A stretch of 64,000 nt of DNA from Clostridiales bacterium (GTDB lineage Bacteria; Bacillota; Clostridia; Lachnospirales; Lachnospiraceae): NCBI GenBank assembly GCA_020859985.1, contig JAJBVD010000052.1, positions 24,076-88,075 of the forward strand. Reading direction: 5' to 3'. The position numbers and the translations under genes are program-made. Of the stretch, positions 62,591 through 64,000 are shown piece after piece. The notes under the pieces were generated by a model that was not told the DNA's origin, made no database searches, and worked only from the letters and a program-made list of their open reading frames with translations. Position 1 is the stretch's first letter. Each line of letters starts with the position of its first letter.

Positions 62591-62619
62591 ATTATATATT
62601 CATACATTCTATATGTCAA
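62591..62619 (-). promoter_or_regulatory. Perfect consensus SigA promoter
   Basis: TTGACA-17 nt-TATAAT. Confidence 0.9.
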
Positions 62620-62649
62620 CACTTTTTTCACAAATTTGTAATATTTTCG

Positions 62650-62782
62650 TTCGACAGGCTTCTTGATTTGATTGATAATTTCGACTTTTTATCGTATTTT
62701 TTTGTCGAAATGTTGGTTTTACGTGAATTTTTCATAGATTTTTCTCGAAAGAAAAACATTCATAAAATTATAGGATGTCGAT
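62650..62782. promoter_or_regulatory. Cluster of Spo0A-box-like heptamers
   Basis: Exact TGTCGAA at 62703-62709 (+) and 62650-62656 (-); one-mismatch copies at 62680-62686 and 62776-62782. Confidence 0.5.
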
Positions 62783-62938
62783 TCTTGCCTTATTTTCGCG
62801 ATTTTTAGATTATTCCTACAGCTTAAACAAAATAATTCTAGGATTTAATATTTCTGTAATATTTCGTAACAAAAACAACATGTTTTCAAAGATACTGTGT
62901 CCGGAAAATGAACCTTCCACAAGATACTGTGATTCCTG

Positions 62939-63436
62939 TTATTCAGACAGTATCCTCTCGTATTTCAAAAAGCGGTATTCCAAATCAAAATAGGTCTGTT
63001 CCTCACTGTCCGCAGAAATCTTCCAGTCACATTTTTCATCCAGATTCGGAAAAAATGCGTCTGCTTCAAATTTTTCATCAATCTTCGTAATATGTGCAAC
63101 AGAACAAAATGGCAGAAACTGTCGGTAAATGCTTTCCCCGCCGATCACAAAAATATCCTCATCCCGGTAGTGTTCAAGTTCTTTTCGAGCCTCTTCTACT
63201 GAATGGACCACTGTTGCATTCCGTATACGAAAATCCGTGCGGGATGTCAGTACAAAATTTGTTCTGCCGGCCAGAGGGATTCCTCCGGGAAGACCTTCGA
63301 GCGTCTTCCGCCCCATCACAACCACTTTTCCCATCGTCATCTCCTGAAAAAGCTTCATATCCTTCGGAATACTGACGAGAAGCTTTCCTTTGTAGCCAAT
63401 TCCCCAATTTGCGTCTACCGCCGCGATCAGATTCAT
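62939..63436 (-). CDS. dfrA: Dihydrofolate reductase
   Basis: IAAVDANWGIG, VMGRKT, VIGGESIY, DAFFPNL. Confidence 0.96.
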   Translation of the reverse strand: MNLIAAVDANWGIGYKGKLLVSIPKDMKLFQEMTMGKVVVMGRKTLEGLPGGIPLAGRTNFVLTSRTDFRIRNATVVHSVEEARKELEHYRDEDIFVIGGESIYRQFLPFCSVAHITKIDEKFEADAFFPNLDEKCDWKISADSEEQTYFDLEYRFLKYERILSE

Positions 63437-63452
63437 TTTCGCATTTCCTCCT

Positions 63453-64000
63453 TTAATACAGCAGCTTTGCCAGAGAAGTATCCTCCGCAAAACCGGAAGC
63501 GTTATACAAAAACAGCAGATCCGTATACCCTTCTTCTTCGATCAGCGCACTCAGCTCCTGATTGTAATAGCGGATGTCCAGCACATCAATCTGGTCAAAT
63601 TCTGAGAGCATAAACGGCACAAAGCAGTGTGCGTAGGAATCCTTGATCAAAAGGAGCTTCCGCCCGGTTCCGGCATCGGTCGTAATTCTGGTCAAAGCAT
63701 TGTTCCCACCCAGAAAGATATCATATTTACTCTTTGTTTCGAGCGCCCCATAATCATAAAGACTGTCTGAACTCTCACCGGTGCCGACGTTTTCTACGGT
63801 GTAAGACGGCATATCCGGATTCTGAAACAGTTTGATGGAATCCATCACCGTATGAATGCCAAGCTTCGACTGAATGGTTCCCTCGAATTCCTCTGTCACA
63901 GTCTCAATCTCGTATGTATCCAGATCCGGAATCACGTATCCGCAGGCTTCGGCCCAGGCCTGATAGACGTAAAACGCACCGAGCGTCGTCCAGTGATGAT
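63453..64000 (-). CDS. DHHW-family (SGNH/AlgX-like) protein, 3' part only
   Basis: Window edge reads (D)HHWTTLGAFYVY; LLIKDSYAHCF, DVLDIRY. Confidence 0.85.
   Translation of the reverse strand, partial: HHWTTLGAFYVYQAWAEACGYVIPDLDTYEIETVTEEFEGTIQSKLGIHTVMDSIKLFQNPDMPSYTVENVGTGESSDSLYDYGALETKSKYDIFLGGNNALTRITTDAGTGRKLLLIKDSYAHCFVPFMLSEFDQIDVLDIRYYNQELSALIEEEGYTDLLFLYNASGFAEDTSLAKLLY

Noticed and set aside
62621-62637. TTGTGAA half-site upstream of the SleB-like gene as a Rex box
   Set aside because: The second arm does not match

Overview
64 kb of a Firmicute chromosome; gene content, promoter style and gene order point to a Lachnospiraceae-type acetogen (inference). Almost every gene is on the minus strand; the only plus-strand gene I accept is a Cof-type HAD hydrolase. 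In coordinate order: hrcA-grpE-dnaK-dnaJ with a perfect CIRCE; a secreted repeat-containing serine hydrolase; an orphan 2-hydroxyacyl-CoA dehydratase/activase-type triad; an acyltransferase; a ~13.4 kb Wood-Ljungdahl carbonyl-branch cluster (transcription order: His-rich protein, cooT, cooC, cooS, cooC, stand-alone CODH C-terminal-domain paralogue, acsB, acsD, acsC, acsE, acsV); a housekeeping block (gpsA, plsY, der, DUF512, prs, pgeF, yraN, rnhB, three lepB, rbgA, rplS, trmD, rimM, khpA, rpsP, ffh, ylxM); citrate synthase, rlmH, nfnAB, ftsK, uppP, tepA, a CFI-box-CTERM-like protein, yebC, an antitoxin-less mazF, alr, nnr, rex, an ABC-F, thrC, a SleB-like hydrolase, dfrA and a partial DHHW protein. 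I found no CRISPR array, prophage, intact IS, rRNA or tRNA. Best leads: (1) a 230-aa copy of the CODH C-terminal domain that has lost exactly the C-cluster ligands and the catalytic Lys and heads the acsB transcript; (2) a palindrome AAACGAC-N4-GTCGTTT at promoters of the acs cluster, plus a Rex-like box; (3) a dispersed 27-bp quasi-palindromic intergenic element in at least four copies; (4) several hairpin-dense intergenic cassettes. CDS starts were refined by eye from Shine-Dalgarno (SD) positions. No database searches were run.
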